DNA of 62,524 bases, filler included, from an uncultured bacterium (lineage in GTDB: Bacteria > Latescibacterota > UBA2968), in NCBI GenBank assembly GCA_964471275.1. It is 19 parts of 19 records of this genome, joined end to end, with 100 filler letters (N's around TTAATTAATTAA, not from the genome) between each part and the next. Parts side by side here need not be neighbours in the genome. Positions count along the whole stretch, not along the records: positions 27,691 to 30,930 come from CAYYGZ010000347.1; positions 31,031 to 34,265 come from CAYYGZ010000348.1; positions 34,366 to 37,597 come from CAYYGZ010000349.1; positions 37,698 to 40,845 come from CAYYGZ010000350.1; 15 more parts are not named here. One strand, written 5' to 3'. The notes under the pieces were generated by a model, which saw only the letters and a program-made list of their open reading frames with translations, searched no databases and had not been told where the DNA came from. Both the position numbers and the translations under genes were made by a program. Shown here one piece after another: positions 30,393 to 40,395 of the stretch (the first letter of the stretch is position 1; every line of letters begins with the position of its first letter).

Positions 30393-30930
30393 TCAATCAG
30401 AAGATCGGCGCCAGATCCATGCCCCCCAGAGGATTGCTGGAATGACGGCCGGGATCGACATCCAGCGGAGCATCTCTGGGATGCCGGGGAATACGTCGAT
30501 CAGGAGACCGGCGGCCGCTGAGGAGATGGCGCCGAAGAACGTAAAGCCCGCGTGCTCGATGGAGAATGTCCGTCCGCGGACTTCGTTGGGTACCTGGGTC
30601 AGCAGGAGTGTCGTGGAGTAGACCCACACGATGCCGGTTCCGAAGCTGCGGATGAACCCGCCGAGCAGGACGATCGGCAAACTGTGCAGGAGCGAGATGA
30701 TCCAGAATCCTGCGATGCCGATGAAGTAACCGAAGAAGATCGCGACCTTCATCGCGTGCGTCCGGTCACCCGTGAAGTATCGTGCGGCGATGGGGCCGAG
30801 ACCGCTGCCGACACCGGATATGGCGTACATCAAGCCGAGCGTGACGCCACCGCCTTCACCGATCGGGAAGATGTCCTTGGCGATCCGGACCTGGACGATC
30901 TCGAGCATCATACTGAGGAACAGAGACAGG
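30393..30930 (-). CDS. MFS transporter, C-terminal part
   Basis: Several TM helices; LLTQVPNEVRGRTFS. Confidence 0.85.
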
Positions 30931-31030
30931 NNNNNNNNNNNNNNNNNNNNNNNNNNNNNNNNNNNNNNNNNNNNTTAATTAATTAANNNNNNNNNNNNNN
31001 NNNNNNNNNNNNNNNNNNNNNNNNNNNNNN

Positions 31031-31230
31031 CGACCAAACTTCCGGCTGTAGAGCGTCCGCATATACAGCTTCCCGGACAGCCCGGACTCGATTGACAGCT
31101 TCGACCTCGATGTCCCGATCGATGAGTGACCGCCACCGTCCCGGGAAGGGATCGAACTTCAACGCTGGGAAGCCTAGACCAACGACTTCCGCTGCCCGCA
31201 CACCAGTCTTGTCCGGGGTGGAAAAGGTGG
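31031..31230 (-). pseudogene. Internal remnant of a galactonate-dehydratase-like enolase gene
   Basis: AAEVVGLGFPALKFDPFPGRWR...RVRAVREAV without the N-terminal domain. Confidence 0.6.
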
Positions 31231-31275
31231 GTTGATAGATTGATGACTTGCATGTCTGGATGCGCTTTCGTTGGG

Positions 31276-31358
31276 AGAGGCGCGTGGGGCATGGAGCAGG
31301 GGGCAAGGGGGATATTGTCGGGCTAACGGGCTTGCTTTTCCACGCTCCACGCGCCTCT
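31276..31358. repeat. Heptamer-based inverted repeat downstream of the SDR gene
   Basis: AGAGGCGCGTGGGGCATGGA pairs with TCCACGCTCCACGCGCCTCT (2 mismatches); units gcgtggg gcatgga gcagggg gcaaggg. Confidence 0.7.
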
Positions 31359-32115
31359 ATACCATCAAATCCCCGCCGTTGATATCCAGAGCGGCACCCG
31401 TGATGTAGGCCGCATGATCGGAGGCGAGGAAGGCGACCAGATCGGCCACTTCGTCGGGGTGGCCGAGACGGGGGATGGGGAAGCTATCAGCATAGGTCTG
31501 AGTGCGGGCATCGTCTATGGTGTCGCGAACCATTTCGGTATCGATCAGACCGGGACATACGGCGTTAACGGTGATGCCGGCCGCGGCGACTTCGTTCGCC
31601 AGGTGGCGGGTGAAACCGAGAACACCTGCCTTGGATGCTGTGTAGTGTGCACCCCCAACGGTGCTGACGTTCTTGCCTGCGGTGGAGGAGAAGTTGACGA
31701 TGCGGCCCCAACCCGCTGTCTTCATCGCTGGGAGTGCGGCCTGAGCACAGAGGAAAGTGCCTTTGAGGTTCACCTCGATAACACGGTCCCACTCCTGTTC
31801 GGTCATCTCGGCCACCGATGTTGGATGCAGGATGCCGGCATTGTTGATCAGGATGTGAAGGCCCCCGAAAGCCTCGATGGTGTCGGCCACCAATCGATCG
31901 ACTTCGCTTTTTAAGGTGATATCGGCGGGTACAGCTTCTGATCTTGCTCCTGTCGTGGCGATCTGCCGGGAGGCTTCCCGGGCGCGAAAAGGATTGACGT
32001 CGTTGATGGCGATGTTCGCACCAGCCTCGGCGAGTTTGTGTGCAACAGCCAGACCCATGCCCTGACCGCCGCCTGTGATGATGGCTGTCTTGCCTGTCAG
32101 TGATCCTGATTCCAC
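31357..32115 (-). CDS. Short-chain dehydrogenase/reductase (FabG-like)
   Basis: TGGGQGMG, NNAG, YTASK, VNAVCPG.IDT, DINGG. Confidence 0.93.
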   Translation of the reverse strand: MESGSLTGKTAIITGGGQGMGLAVAHKLAEAGANIAINDVNPFRAREASRQIATTGARSEAVPADITLKSEVDRLVADTIEAFGGLHILINNAGILHPTSVAEMTEQEWDRVIEVNLKGTFLCAQAALPAMKTAGWGRIVNFSSTAGKNVSTVGGAHYTASKAGVLGFTRHLANEVAAAGITVNAVCPGLIDTEMVRDTIDDARTQTYADSFPIPRLGHPDEVADLVAFLASDHAAYITGAALDINGGDLMV

Positions 32116-32304
32116 CTTGCCTCCTCGCCCGAATCATTCGCAATTTGCCGACGGTGGCTGTTGGCCTTCGGCCCGCGAGGATTCCTCACCTCGCGGTACT
32201 ATCGTGCACAGAAAAGTTGCGATCACAGATCGCGATATGCCGCCATAGCCCCTGTGTACCTGCTCCTTCGGAATGACGTTGGTCGGTTCTATGGGTAGTT
32301 CTGG

Positions 32305-33495
32305 CTAGAGTAAGCCGACTGACTGTGCCGCCCGCATAAACGTGCCTATCGCCCGATCGAGCTGGTCACGCGTGTGCGCGGCGGAAATCTGTACGCGAAT
32401 TCGTGCCTGCCCTTTTGGGACGACAGGGAAGCTGAATCCAACGACGAATATCCCCTCGTCATTCACCCGCTTCGCCATTGCGACGGTGCGTTCCTCATCG
32501 CCGATCATGATCGGGACGATCGGGTGGATGCCTTCCTTGATCTGGAATCCACGAGCCGTCATCTGCGAGCGAAAGTATGAGGTGTTGTCGTGCAGTATAG
32601 CGATCAACTCCGAGCTCTGGTCAGCCAAGTCGATCGCCTTGATCGCGCCCGCGGCGACAGGGGGAGCGATCGTGTTCGAGAACAGGTAGGGACGCGACCT
32701 CTGCCGGAGCATCTCGATAATTTCTTTGCGCCCGGTTGTGAATCCGCCGGAGGCACCTCCGAGGGCTTTTCCGAGCGTGCTTGTGATGACATCGACCCGG
32801 TCCTGTACTCCGAAGTGCTCGGGTGTTCCTCTTCCCGTCTTGCCGATGAATCCGGTGGCGTGCGAGTCGTCGACCATCACCAGCGCATCGTGCTTGTCAG
32901 CCAGATTACAGATGCGATCCAGTGGCGCCAGGTCTCCGTGCATACTGAATACGCCGTCCGTTGCGATCATCCTGAAACGTGCGGATGACGCTTCTTCAAG
33001 CTTTGCTGCTAGGTCATCGGTGTCGCCGCTTGCATAGACGAATCGCTGAGCCTTGCACAGCCGCACCCCATCGATGATGCTCGCGTGGTTGAATGCATCG
33101 CTGATGATCGCGTCATCTGGGCCGAGGAGCGTTTCGAACAATCCGCCATTTGCGTCGAAGCAGGAGGAGTAGAGGATCGTGTCGTCGGTGCCGAAGAATC
33201 CGGAGATTCTGGATTCGAGCTCCTTGTGTAGATTCTGCGTGCCGCAGATAAAGCGAACCGAAGCCAAGCCGTAACCGTGTCGATCCAGCGCCTCGTGTGC
33301 GGCTGCGACGATTTCAGGATGATTGGCGAGACCCAGGTAGTTGTTCGCGCAGAAATTGAGATTACCGCCCGCTTCCGTGTCTATCTCCGGCCCCTGTGGA
33401 GAGGTGATCTGTTTCTCGTTTTTATATAGACCGCTCGTTCGGATCTGATTCAGAACTTCGATCGCTTCGGTTTGGAATTCCGCGTATGCAGACAT
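32305..33495 (-). CDS. kbl: 2-amino-3-ketobutyrate CoA ligase (glycine C-acetyltransferase)
   Basis: [70 protein letters not shown]. Confidence 0.96.
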   Translation of the reverse strand: MSAYAEFQTEAIEVLNQIRTSGLYKNEKQITSPQGPEIDTEAGGNLNFCANNYLGLANHPEIVAAAHEALDRHGYGLASVRFICGTQNLHKELESRISGFFGTDDTILYSSCFDANGGLFETLLGPDDAIISDAFNHASIIDGVRLCKAQRFVYASGDTDDLAAKLEEASSARFRMIATDGVFSMHGDLAPLDRICNLADKHDALVMVDDSHATGFIGKTGRGTPEHFGVQDRVDVITSTLGKALGGASGGFTTGRKEIIEMLRQRSRPYLFSNTIAPPVAAGAIKAIDLADQSSELIAILHDNTSYFRSQMTARGFQIKEGIHPIVPIMIGDEERTVAMAKRVNDEGIFVVGFSFPVVPKGQARIRVQISAAHTRDQLDRAIGTFMRAAQSVGLL

Positions 33496-33531
33496 AGAAT
33501 CTCCTGAGTCGATGTTTCTGTTGTCGCAAAC

Positions 33532-33559
33532 ATTATATGAGGTGCCGACGAAAGAGCAA
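33532..33559 (-). promoter_or_regulatory. Putative sigma70-type promoter of kbl
   Basis: Minus strand TTGCTC-N16-TATAAT, 36 nt upstream of the ATG. Confidence 0.55.
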
Positions 33560-33729
33560 GCTGTGGGTATGTTCCGGGTGAGTGAGCGCTGTGGATGACG
33601 GCGTGCAATTCTGGCGTGGCTCGTGTATGCAAGGGCAGGAACGCCTATTAATCCGTTGCGTGCCGGTAGCCTGACTCTCATATTTCGGCGCGCTCGATCG
33701 GACATCTGTTCAAAGAAGCCAGAAGGTCA

Positions 33730-33963
33730 CCATTCAGCTATCTGAGTCTGAACATCCATCGCATGTTTCTGAACGGCCAGCCGGCCTATCCCGCGGAGCG
33801 CACGCTCCTGATTTTCGGAGCGCTGGAGTCGTTGCTCGAGTCCAGGCATCAGAGACTCGTTTGGGTCGATACACCGCACCTCGATGTGACCTATGCTTCA
33901 TACGATGCCCCCCGGAACGTCCGAGGATCCCTCGTCCAACCGGCGCGAGCCTTAAACCTTTGA
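33730..33963 (+). pseudogene. C-terminal remnant of a conserved hypothetical gene
   Basis: FSYLSLNIHRMFLNGQPAYPAERTLL..GAL...TPHLDVTY reads as a protein C-terminus; no N-terminal part present. Confidence 0.45.
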
Positions 33964-33967
33964 CCTG

Positions 33968-34265
33968 ATGAGCAACTTGAGCGACAATCGAATCGACATC
34001 CTGAAGATCGTGAACAATCCAGAAGGTGATCGCGACTATGTGGTCACGCACAAGACGGACGAGTTCACGTTCCTGTATCCACAGACCGATCAGCCCTGCT
34101 TTGCGAACGTGGAGATCGCGTATCATCCCGGTGACCACTGTCTGGAGATGATGTCACTCAAGCAATATCTGCAGACGTTCCGAGACGAAGCTCATTACTA
34201 CGAGGCGATCACGAATTTGCTTCTGGACACGCTTGCGGGTCGTGTATGGCCAAAGCAGATGATAG
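33968..34265 (+). CDS. QueF-like T-fold protein with altered active site (3' truncated)
   Basis: DY....EFTFLYPQTDQPCFA...Y.P...LEMMSLKQYLQTFRD...YE..TN aligns with QueF EFTxLCPxTGQPDFA...ExKSLKxYLxSFRN. Confidence 0.8.
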
Positions 34266-34365
34266 NNNNNNNNNNNNNNNNNNNNNNNNNNNNNNNNNNN
34301 NNNNNNNNNTTAATTAATTAANNNNNNNNNNNNNNNNNNNNNNNNNNNNNNNNNNNNNNNNNNNN

Positions 34366-34451
34366 GCCTGCTCGGACTGGCGCTCGGAGTCGACGAGGGT
34401 GCCGTCCATGTCGAACAGGATGGCTTTGATGTTATTCGGCGCGTAAGTCAT
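34366..34451 (-). CDS. HAD-superfamily hydrolase, N-terminus (3' truncated)
   Basis: MTYAPNNIKAILFDMDGTLVDSE (HAD motif I). Confidence 0.8.
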
Positions 34452-34969
34452 TGTGAAATAGATAGTTATGGTTTCGTGGTTTGTGCGTCATCCCTCAAAC
34501 ACCCCTCAATCTCCGACAGAATTTCAAAAGAGAGAGCGCGGATAGCGACCGTTGATGATATGGAACGGCCGGCAGTTCGGCGATCTCGATCTTGGCCAGG
34601 TCGCCGCAGGCCCTTGTCAGATGGCGGCTGTGCGGTCCTCTCAGGAGCACGCGTGGTTACGAATAGATCGAAGGTGAAGCCGCCACGGGGTGTGGGGCCA
34701 TGGCCGGAGTGCACGGGCAAATCCCGCCCTAGAGGAAGTCCCTCGGCGGGCCTTCGGCTCCAGGTGGCCGCGTGTTCGAGAGCATTGAGAAAACTTCGTT
34801 GGAGGCCCGGCTCCGTGGCGGCGAGGGTCTATGTGACTCTCGCCTCTCGGGCGTTCTGGGGTCGCAATTCGGGCGGGCCGCCCAATAGGGGACGGGGGCC
34901 TTTACCGCTTCGACGGGATTGGGACCCCCATTCTGATAATCGGCGTGGGCGCAAGGAATCACCGGCGCT

Positions 34970-37321
34970 TCACTCCCACCAGGCAGGCGCGCCTCGGACG
35001 ATCGCGCGCCGCTGCCGAGTTTCTATCACCAAGCCCTCCGTGCCGTGGTATGCCCTGCGTATAGGATTCTTCGAGACGACTGCCCCCAGGTAGATCCCAT
35101 CTTCTCGAAACCATCGGAAGCGCTTGTTCTCCAACAGACCGAAGCCGGTCTGCCCGACGATGAGATCACCCCCGTCAAACGTGTCGATGATCCCGCATAG
35201 CAGCTCTTCGCGCAGGATGTACAGGCGGGTGTCGGTCAGGAAGTAGAGATAGTCGCCTGTATCTATGATCCGACGGGGTACCGCTCCGATGTCGTAGGCC
35301 CGAACCGCCTCACCAGCGTCATTCACCTCCACCACGCGGCCTGAGTACCCCGCCAGATAGGCTCCCGACTTCCTCCCCGCAAACGTTGCGGCATAGATCC
35401 AGTCCGCCGCGTCTACCTCTCCTCCTTCCACCCGCATACTCACCGAGAACTGCGTGCCATCGACTTCCGTCTCGAACTGACCGTGCTCCTTGTAGAATCG
35501 TGAATCCTCGGCGTCGGCAAGCATGCTCGCATCCAGACCAGTGAGCGCCTCAACCGCTGCTCCGAGATCTCTCATGCGAGCTCCTGCCTGGGGATCATCA
35601 CGGTTGACATCTGGATGATATCTCTTTGCAAGCTGCCGATAGCGTCGTCTGACTTCATCAGGCGAAACAGGCAAGCTCAATTCCATGAAGGCCAGGGCCC
35701 TATCAATCTCCTGGCTCGTTTCGTAGTGTCCGCTACTCGCCGCAACCTGGGTCCACCCCTCGGCGAGCGGCAGTCGGGCACTCCAGATGGCCTCGCCGTT
35801 CATGCTCACGCACCAAGCTTCATCTACCCCGGTTACCAGATACATCGATCGATCATGTGACAGAGACACGCAGCGAAGGTGTCTGTGGAGCTCTTCATCA
35901 ATGATGCCGAGACGACTCTGTAACGCCGAGATCTCCGGTGCCCCACGCATCGCAGTCTCCAGCGTGGGTGCGATGGCATCGTCATATGCGTGCACTACGC
36001 AATCTTTGGACATGGCGATGAGTCCACATCCCAATGCATTCACGCCAGTTCTGTAGACGCCATGCAGCAAGGGCTGGCCACCCAGAGAACACCCATTTCT
36101 GTCGAAACAGATCGCCGCAGCTGGGGCGCCGGCAAACTGCTCTGCGTTGCCCAGATCATCTAGCAGAGTCAGTCCGTCATTCGTTGGGTAGATGCGCCTG
36201 AAGGCCGTATCTGGTCGCTCCGTGACCGGCACCTTCTGCACCTCGGTGAGCTCCCAGGCATCTGTCTCCCGAACCTCGAAAAAGCCATCCACATCGCTTG
36301 TGATGCCCGCCTTGGTCTTCTCAGCCTCTTCCCATCGCGGAGGCGCCTTGGGGAGTGGGACGTAGTCGAGGGAGGACAAGTCAATGACCCCGATCTCACA
36401 AGCCTTCTTACCTTGGCGATGAGACAGGACCACACGCTCTGGCGTTCGATCGGATCGGGCTGTGTCGGGAAGACCCAGACTGTGGGTTCGCCCCTTCTTG
36501 GTGCGAACGATGTTTCCGGACTTTTCCAGCCACGATATCAGCGAGGCGATACGGCGGCCATCGTCACAGGCAACCAGCCCCTTCACCTGCGGCTGCAGGA
36601 CCCCATGATTCGCCTCGACTGCGGCTAGGATCGATGCGAACAGATTCCTATCCTCGACGTGGCGTTCGACCTCAGATTGCAGATGACCTAGTTCGGGAAC
36701 GGACTGAACTGTCTCCATCATCTCCTGAAGCGCCTCGTCGTCTCCCATCAGCGCCAGTATCGTGCCACCGCGGTGGATGGCGGGGAGACTGACATCAAGG
36801 GCTCCGTACTCCGACACGCAGCTACGTACGAAGTCCGGCAGTTGACGGATGTTATCTCGAGTTAGCTCCGCCGCCCGATCATACTCTCTTGCCGATATGG
36901 CCTCCTGCATTTCAGTCATGGTCAGGTAATACGAGCCATTGATGTCGGCTGAAGGTGCGCTGGTATCCATGGCGCTGGTAGCCGTGGCACCAGTGTCCAC
37001 CACGGGTCGATCCAGATCGAATTCAGCCTGCAGACAGGAAATCCGAGCCTCCATCGTCTCAAGAGACTCAAATTCCAGGAACTCGTAGATCTCGGTCATC
37101 TCTACGAGTTCGGACAGCCTTTCCTGGGCGAGTTGGAGTCGAGATCTCCTCGTAGTCGAATTCTTGGACTCTGTGGCGATCCTGACCGACTCGTTGACGA
37201 TCTCGGCCAACCTGCTGGCAGACTGACCAATGGCCTCGATATCTGTCGGAGTGAGCCGAGACTCGACAGGTTTCTCGCCGAAAAGTGCTGCGAACAGCCT
37301 GCTAAGAAGCCCCATCTGCAC
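34970..37321 (-). CDS. Multidomain protein with internal DnaJ (J) domain
   Basis: EVRRRYRQLAKRYHPDVNRDDP.A..RM J-domain; AGGAGG before the GTG start; beta-propeller-like repeats on both sides. Confidence 0.85.
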   Translation of the reverse strand: MQMGLLSRLFAALFGEKPVESRLTPTDIEAIGQSASRLAEIVNESVRIATESKNSTTRRSRLQLAQERLSELVEMTEIYEFLEFESLETMEARISCLQAEFDLDRPVVDTGATATSAMDTSAPSADINGSYYLTMTEMQEAISAREYDRAAELTRDNIRQLPDFVRSCVSEYGALDVSLPAIHRGGTILALMGDDEALQEMMETVQSVPELGHLQSEVERHVEDRNLFASILAAVEANHGVLQPQVKGLVACDDGRRIASLISWLEKSGNIVRTKKGRTHSLGLPDTARSDRTPERVVLSHRQGKKACEIGVIDLSSLDYVPLPKAPPRWEEAEKTKAGITSDVDGFFEVRETDAWELTEVQKVPVTERPDTAFRRIYPTNDGLTLLDDLGNAEQFAGAPAAAICFDRNGCSLGGQPLLHGVYRTGVNALGCGLIAMSKDCVVHAYDDAIAPTLETAMRGAPEISALQSRLGIIDEELHRHLRCVSLSHDRSMYLVTGVDEAWCVSMNGEAIWSARLPLAEGWTQVAASSGHYETSQEIDRALAFMELSLPVSPDEVRRRYRQLAKRYHPDVNRDDPQAGARMRDLGAAVEALTGLDASMLADAEDSRFYKEHGQFETEVDGTQFSVSMRVEGGEVDAADWIYAATFAGRKSGAYLAGYSGRVVEVNDAGEAVRAYDIGAVPRRIIDTGDYLYFLTDTRLYILREELLCGIIDTFDGGDLIVGQTGFGLLENKRFRWFREDGIYLGAVVSKNPIRRAYHGTEGLVIETRQRRAIVRGAPAWWE

Positions 37322-37951
37322 GTCACCTCCTGCAGACCATGTGTGATACCGCGCCTACGCCCCGCCCTCGCGAAACAGCTGCCGAAGGCATCAAACTTGA
37401 GGCGCTTCTCGATTGCATTACCCTATGACAGATTGGTGCCCCAACGCAAACGCGAATTCGCATCAACGACTACCGGAATCCAACAGGGCGGGTGATGGAT
37501 GCCGACCTCTTTCAGAGCTGTGCATAGGCAAGCCATGGGGTCGTCTTCTAGAGGCTACACCAGGACCTTCCCTACACGGTGGTGCACTGTCTCATTCNNN
37601 NNNNNNNNNNNNNNNNNNNNNNNNNNNNNNNNNNNNNNNNNTTAATTAATTAANNNNNNNNNNNNNNNNNNNNNNNNNNNNNNNNNNNNNNNNNNNNCGG
37701 ATCTCCTGCCAAGAACACACCCTTATGATTACAACACTATAGGAGGTCTCACTCATTCAGGGGGCCAATATGGATCGGGCCTGCTTTCTCGATCACTCCG
37801 GCAACGGCCGAAGACATCGACGCTTCATCCGTCACATACAGCGCCACTGCCATACAGACCTCGCAACTATGTGTGACCGACCCTCCGGGCCGGAGACCAA
37901 TGATCCGTCCTCCGCCGCCATCGCCCTATGCCCGGCACCTCACGCCTTCCC

Positions 37952-37983
37952 CCGACCTGCCGATTTGCCAACCTACCGACTTG
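37952..37983. repeat. Octamer tandem repeat overlapping a gene end
   Basis: ccgacctg ccgatttg ccaaccta ccgacttg. Confidence 0.6.
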
Positions 37984-38905
37984 CCGCCTCCACCATGTCC
38001 CTCACCATATCCCTCAACCCAAACTCCGGCGCAAAATCCCATTCTTCCCTCGCCGCCGAATCATCAATCTCCCGCTCCACATCATCCAACACCCGCTGAC
38101 GTTCCTCATCCACCCCAAACCTGATCTCTGCTCCCGGTACCTGCCTTCTCACTTCCTCCGCCAGTTCCCCTGCCGTCGGGCTCGGCTTCCCACTCGTCAC
38201 CACATACATCTCCCGCTTCAGATTCTCCCCCGGCGCGTCTGCCAGCCGAACCGCGGCCTCTGCCGCATCCTTGTAGTACAGTATGGCGTGCCGCGTATCT
38301 TCCCTCACCCACACCGTGAACGGTTCTCCCTTGATCGCCGCCTCGACCATCCACGCGTTATACTGCGCCACCCCCGGCGTCTTCACACCCGATCCCACGA
38401 CCCCCGGATACCGTATCCCTCTGAAATCGATTCCGAACTTCCGCTTATACCAGATTCCGATGTGTTCGCCGAAAACCTTCGTCACCCCGTAGAACAGGTT
38501 CGGTCTCTGCAGCGTCTTATCATCGATCGTCTGACCCTCGATATCCTTCCCGAACGTCACCATCGTCGACGAGTAGATCACCTTCCTGACATCGTGCTTC
38601 CTCGCCGCCTCCAGCACATTCAGCGTCCCGAGTGCGTTCACATTGAATGACGCCACGTGATCCGCCTCAGACGACACACTCAGCATTCCACCAAAGTGAT
38701 AGACGATCTTAGGCCGATACTTCCCAACTACCTCCTCCACCCGTCTCGCGTCCCCCAGATCTCCCTGCTCAATCACAACACCGAGTCCCGCAACCCGCTC
38801 TTCGTTCGGCGTCAGATCGAACGCCACCACTTCTTCACCCCACGACACCAGCAACCGTATCACCTCGGCCCCGATGAACCCCGTCCCTCCCGTCACGATT
38901 ACCAT
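37973..38905 (-). CDS. NAD-dependent epimerase/dehydratase family, L-threonine 3-dehydrogenase (extended SDR)-like
   Basis: TGGTGFIG, YGVTK, GIDFRGIRYPGVV, IDDSAAREEW. Confidence 0.85.
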   Translation of the reverse strand: MVIVTGGTGFIGAEVIRLLVSWGEEVVAFDLTPNEERVAGLGVVIEQGDLGDARRVEEVVGKYRPKIVYHFGGMLSVSSEADHVASFNVNALGTLNVLEAARKHDVRKVIYSSTMVTFGKDIEGQTIDDKTLQRPNLFYGVTKVFGEHIGIWYKRKFGIDFRGIRYPGVVGSGVKTPGVAQYNAWMVEAAIKGEPFTVWVREDTRHAILYYKDAAEAAVRLADAPGENLKREMYVVTSGKPSPTAGELAEEVRRQVPGAEIRFGVDEERQRVLDDVEREIDDSAAREEWDFAPEFGLRDMVRDMVEAASR

Positions 38906-39065
38906 CTGTGTCTATCCGTGTTCATTTGTGGTTGCTTGAGAGCCAAAGGCGCAGGGAGCGTGGGGCAGGAAAAACCACAACGACAAGGCATCTTCTTCCC
39001 TGCTTTTCAATGGTTAATGGCTATTGTCCAATGGAGAATGCCGGCGATTCCCTTGCGACCTGTCA

Positions 39066-39875
39066 TCAAAGCCCCATCATCTCCCTCGCCTCCTCCGGCG
39101 TCGCGACCCCTCTCTCCGCTTCGTCACTGATCCTGCCCATTCTCTTCACCAACTGCTCATTCGTCCCCAGCTCCCCATATCTGTAGTAGATGTTATCCTC
39201 CAGCCCCACCCTCACGTGTCCTCCCATCCCGATCGCCAGGATCCCCATCGGCAGCTGATGCCTCCCGATCCCCGCCACCGTCCACGTCGCATTGCCCGGT
39301 ATCGACTCACTCAGATAGGTCAGCTGCCTGGCAGTCGCCAGCTGACTTCCCTTCGACCCCATCACAAAATCAAAGTGCAGCGGCGCCTTCACCAGCCCTT
39401 GCTTCAGCAGCAGCATCGCATTCTCGATCATCCCCGCTTCGAAGATCTCCATCTCCGGCTTCGTCCCCGTATCCTTCATCACCCGAGCCAGTGTCTCCAC
39501 CGTTTCGAACGAATTCTGATAAACCTGATTCGGGAAATTCATCGACCCCGTCGTCAGCGACGCCATCTCCGGCTTGATTCTCCTGACCGGTTCCGCTCTC
39601 ACCTCCGCATCCAGCTCCGCCCTTCCTCCCGTCGAAATCTGGCAGATCATGTCGGTCCGGTCCGTCACCTTCTCGTGGATCTCCTCAAAGATATCCGGAT
39701 CCAACGACGCCTTCCCCTCCGAATCACGCGCATGCACGTGAGCAACACTCGCCCCTGCTTCCCGACACTTCACCGCCGCTTCCACAATCTCATCCGGCGT
39801 AATCGGTGTATTCGGGTTAATCTCCTTCGTCGGCACGCTACCCGTGAGCGCAACCGTGATGATCACCTTGGACAC
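39066..39875 (-). CDS. 3-keto-5-aminohexanoate cleavage enzyme family (BKACE/DUF849)
   Basis: KVIITVALTG, NPNTPITPDEI, HVHARD, STGG, KPEMEIF, GGHVRVGLED; AGGAGG before GTG. Confidence 0.93.
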   Translation of the reverse strand: MSKVIITVALTGSVPTKEINPNTPITPDEIVEAAVKCREAGASVAHVHARDSEGKASLDPDIFEEIHEKVTDRTDMICQISTGGRAELDAEVRAEPVRRIKPEMASLTTGSMNFPNQVYQNSFETVETLARVMKDTGTKPEMEIFEAGMIENAMLLLKQGLVKAPLHFDFVMGSKGSQLATARQLTYLSESIPGNATWTVAGIGRHQLPMGILAIGMGGHVRVGLEDNIYYRYGELGTNEQLVKRMGRISDEAERGVATPEEAREMMGL

Positions 39876-39888
39876 ACAACCTCCTGTA

Positions 39889-40079
39889 AGGCAAAGGCGC
39901 AAACTGATCTATCTCGACGAAGCCGACCGACTGAGTGATCTCAAGGCACCGCCCGGGAACAAGCTCAAGCGACTGAAAGGAGACCGATCAGGCCAGCATA
40001 GTATCCAAATCAACGACCAATCTGCTTTCGCTGAACACGATCGAATGCAGTTGCTGTCCCGATCATCGATTATCACTAG
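39889..40079 (+). pseudogene. higB: HigB (RelE/ParE-type) toxin pseudogene
   Basis: RKL.YLD.A..L.DLKAPPGNKL..LKGDR.GQHSI.INDQ, then a frameshift, an internal TGA and the IIDYH* ending; 5' part absent. Confidence 0.85.
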
Positions 40080-40092
40080 CGAGTTCAGAACC

Positions 40093-40395
40093 GTGAATAA
40101 GCTCTCGGCCATACATCCGGGCGAGGTCCTGCTCTAGGACTTCATAAAGCCTCTCAACCTGGGCCAGTACCGTGTCGCCAAGGACATCGGTGTCCCGGCT
40201 CTCCGTATCAGTCAGATCGTGAGGGGACAGCGAGAAATTACTGCCGATACTGCTTTGAGGCTTGCCAAATACTTCGGCACCACACCCGGTATATGAGTCC
40301 GCCTCCAGGGACGCTATGACCTGGAAATCGCCGAATCCAGAATCGGCAAACAGATCGACCGCCAGGTATCTGCTCTGGATCACAAGTGGCCTGAC
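40093..40395 (+). pseudogene. higA: HigA antitoxin pseudogene
   Basis: IHPGEVLL*DFIKPL..QYRVAKDIGV...RISQIVRGQREITADTALRLAKYFGTT..*.RLQ.RYDL; in-frame stops at 40135 and 40294. Confidence 0.9.

Noticed and set aside
33496..33705. Glycine riboswitch or long N-terminal extension of kbl
   Set aside because: No riboswitch consensus recognised; homology starts at 33495 and a promoter-like motif lies inside the supposed extension.
34466..34962. ORFs or structured RNA between the HAD gene and the J-domain gene
   Set aside because: Translations are Arg/Pro-rich without family motifs and no known RNA consensus was recognised; a decayed gene is possible but unsupported.
32305..38905. kbl and the TDH-like gene as one threonine-degradation locus
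   Set aside because: They lie on different contigs separated by spacers, so proximity in the window is not evidence.
39889..40395. TGA-to-Trp recoding or selenocysteine, suggested by TGA at expected Trp positions in higB and higA
   Set aside because: The same genes also carry a TAG and a frameshift, and many intact genes in the window end in TGA; simple decay explains it.
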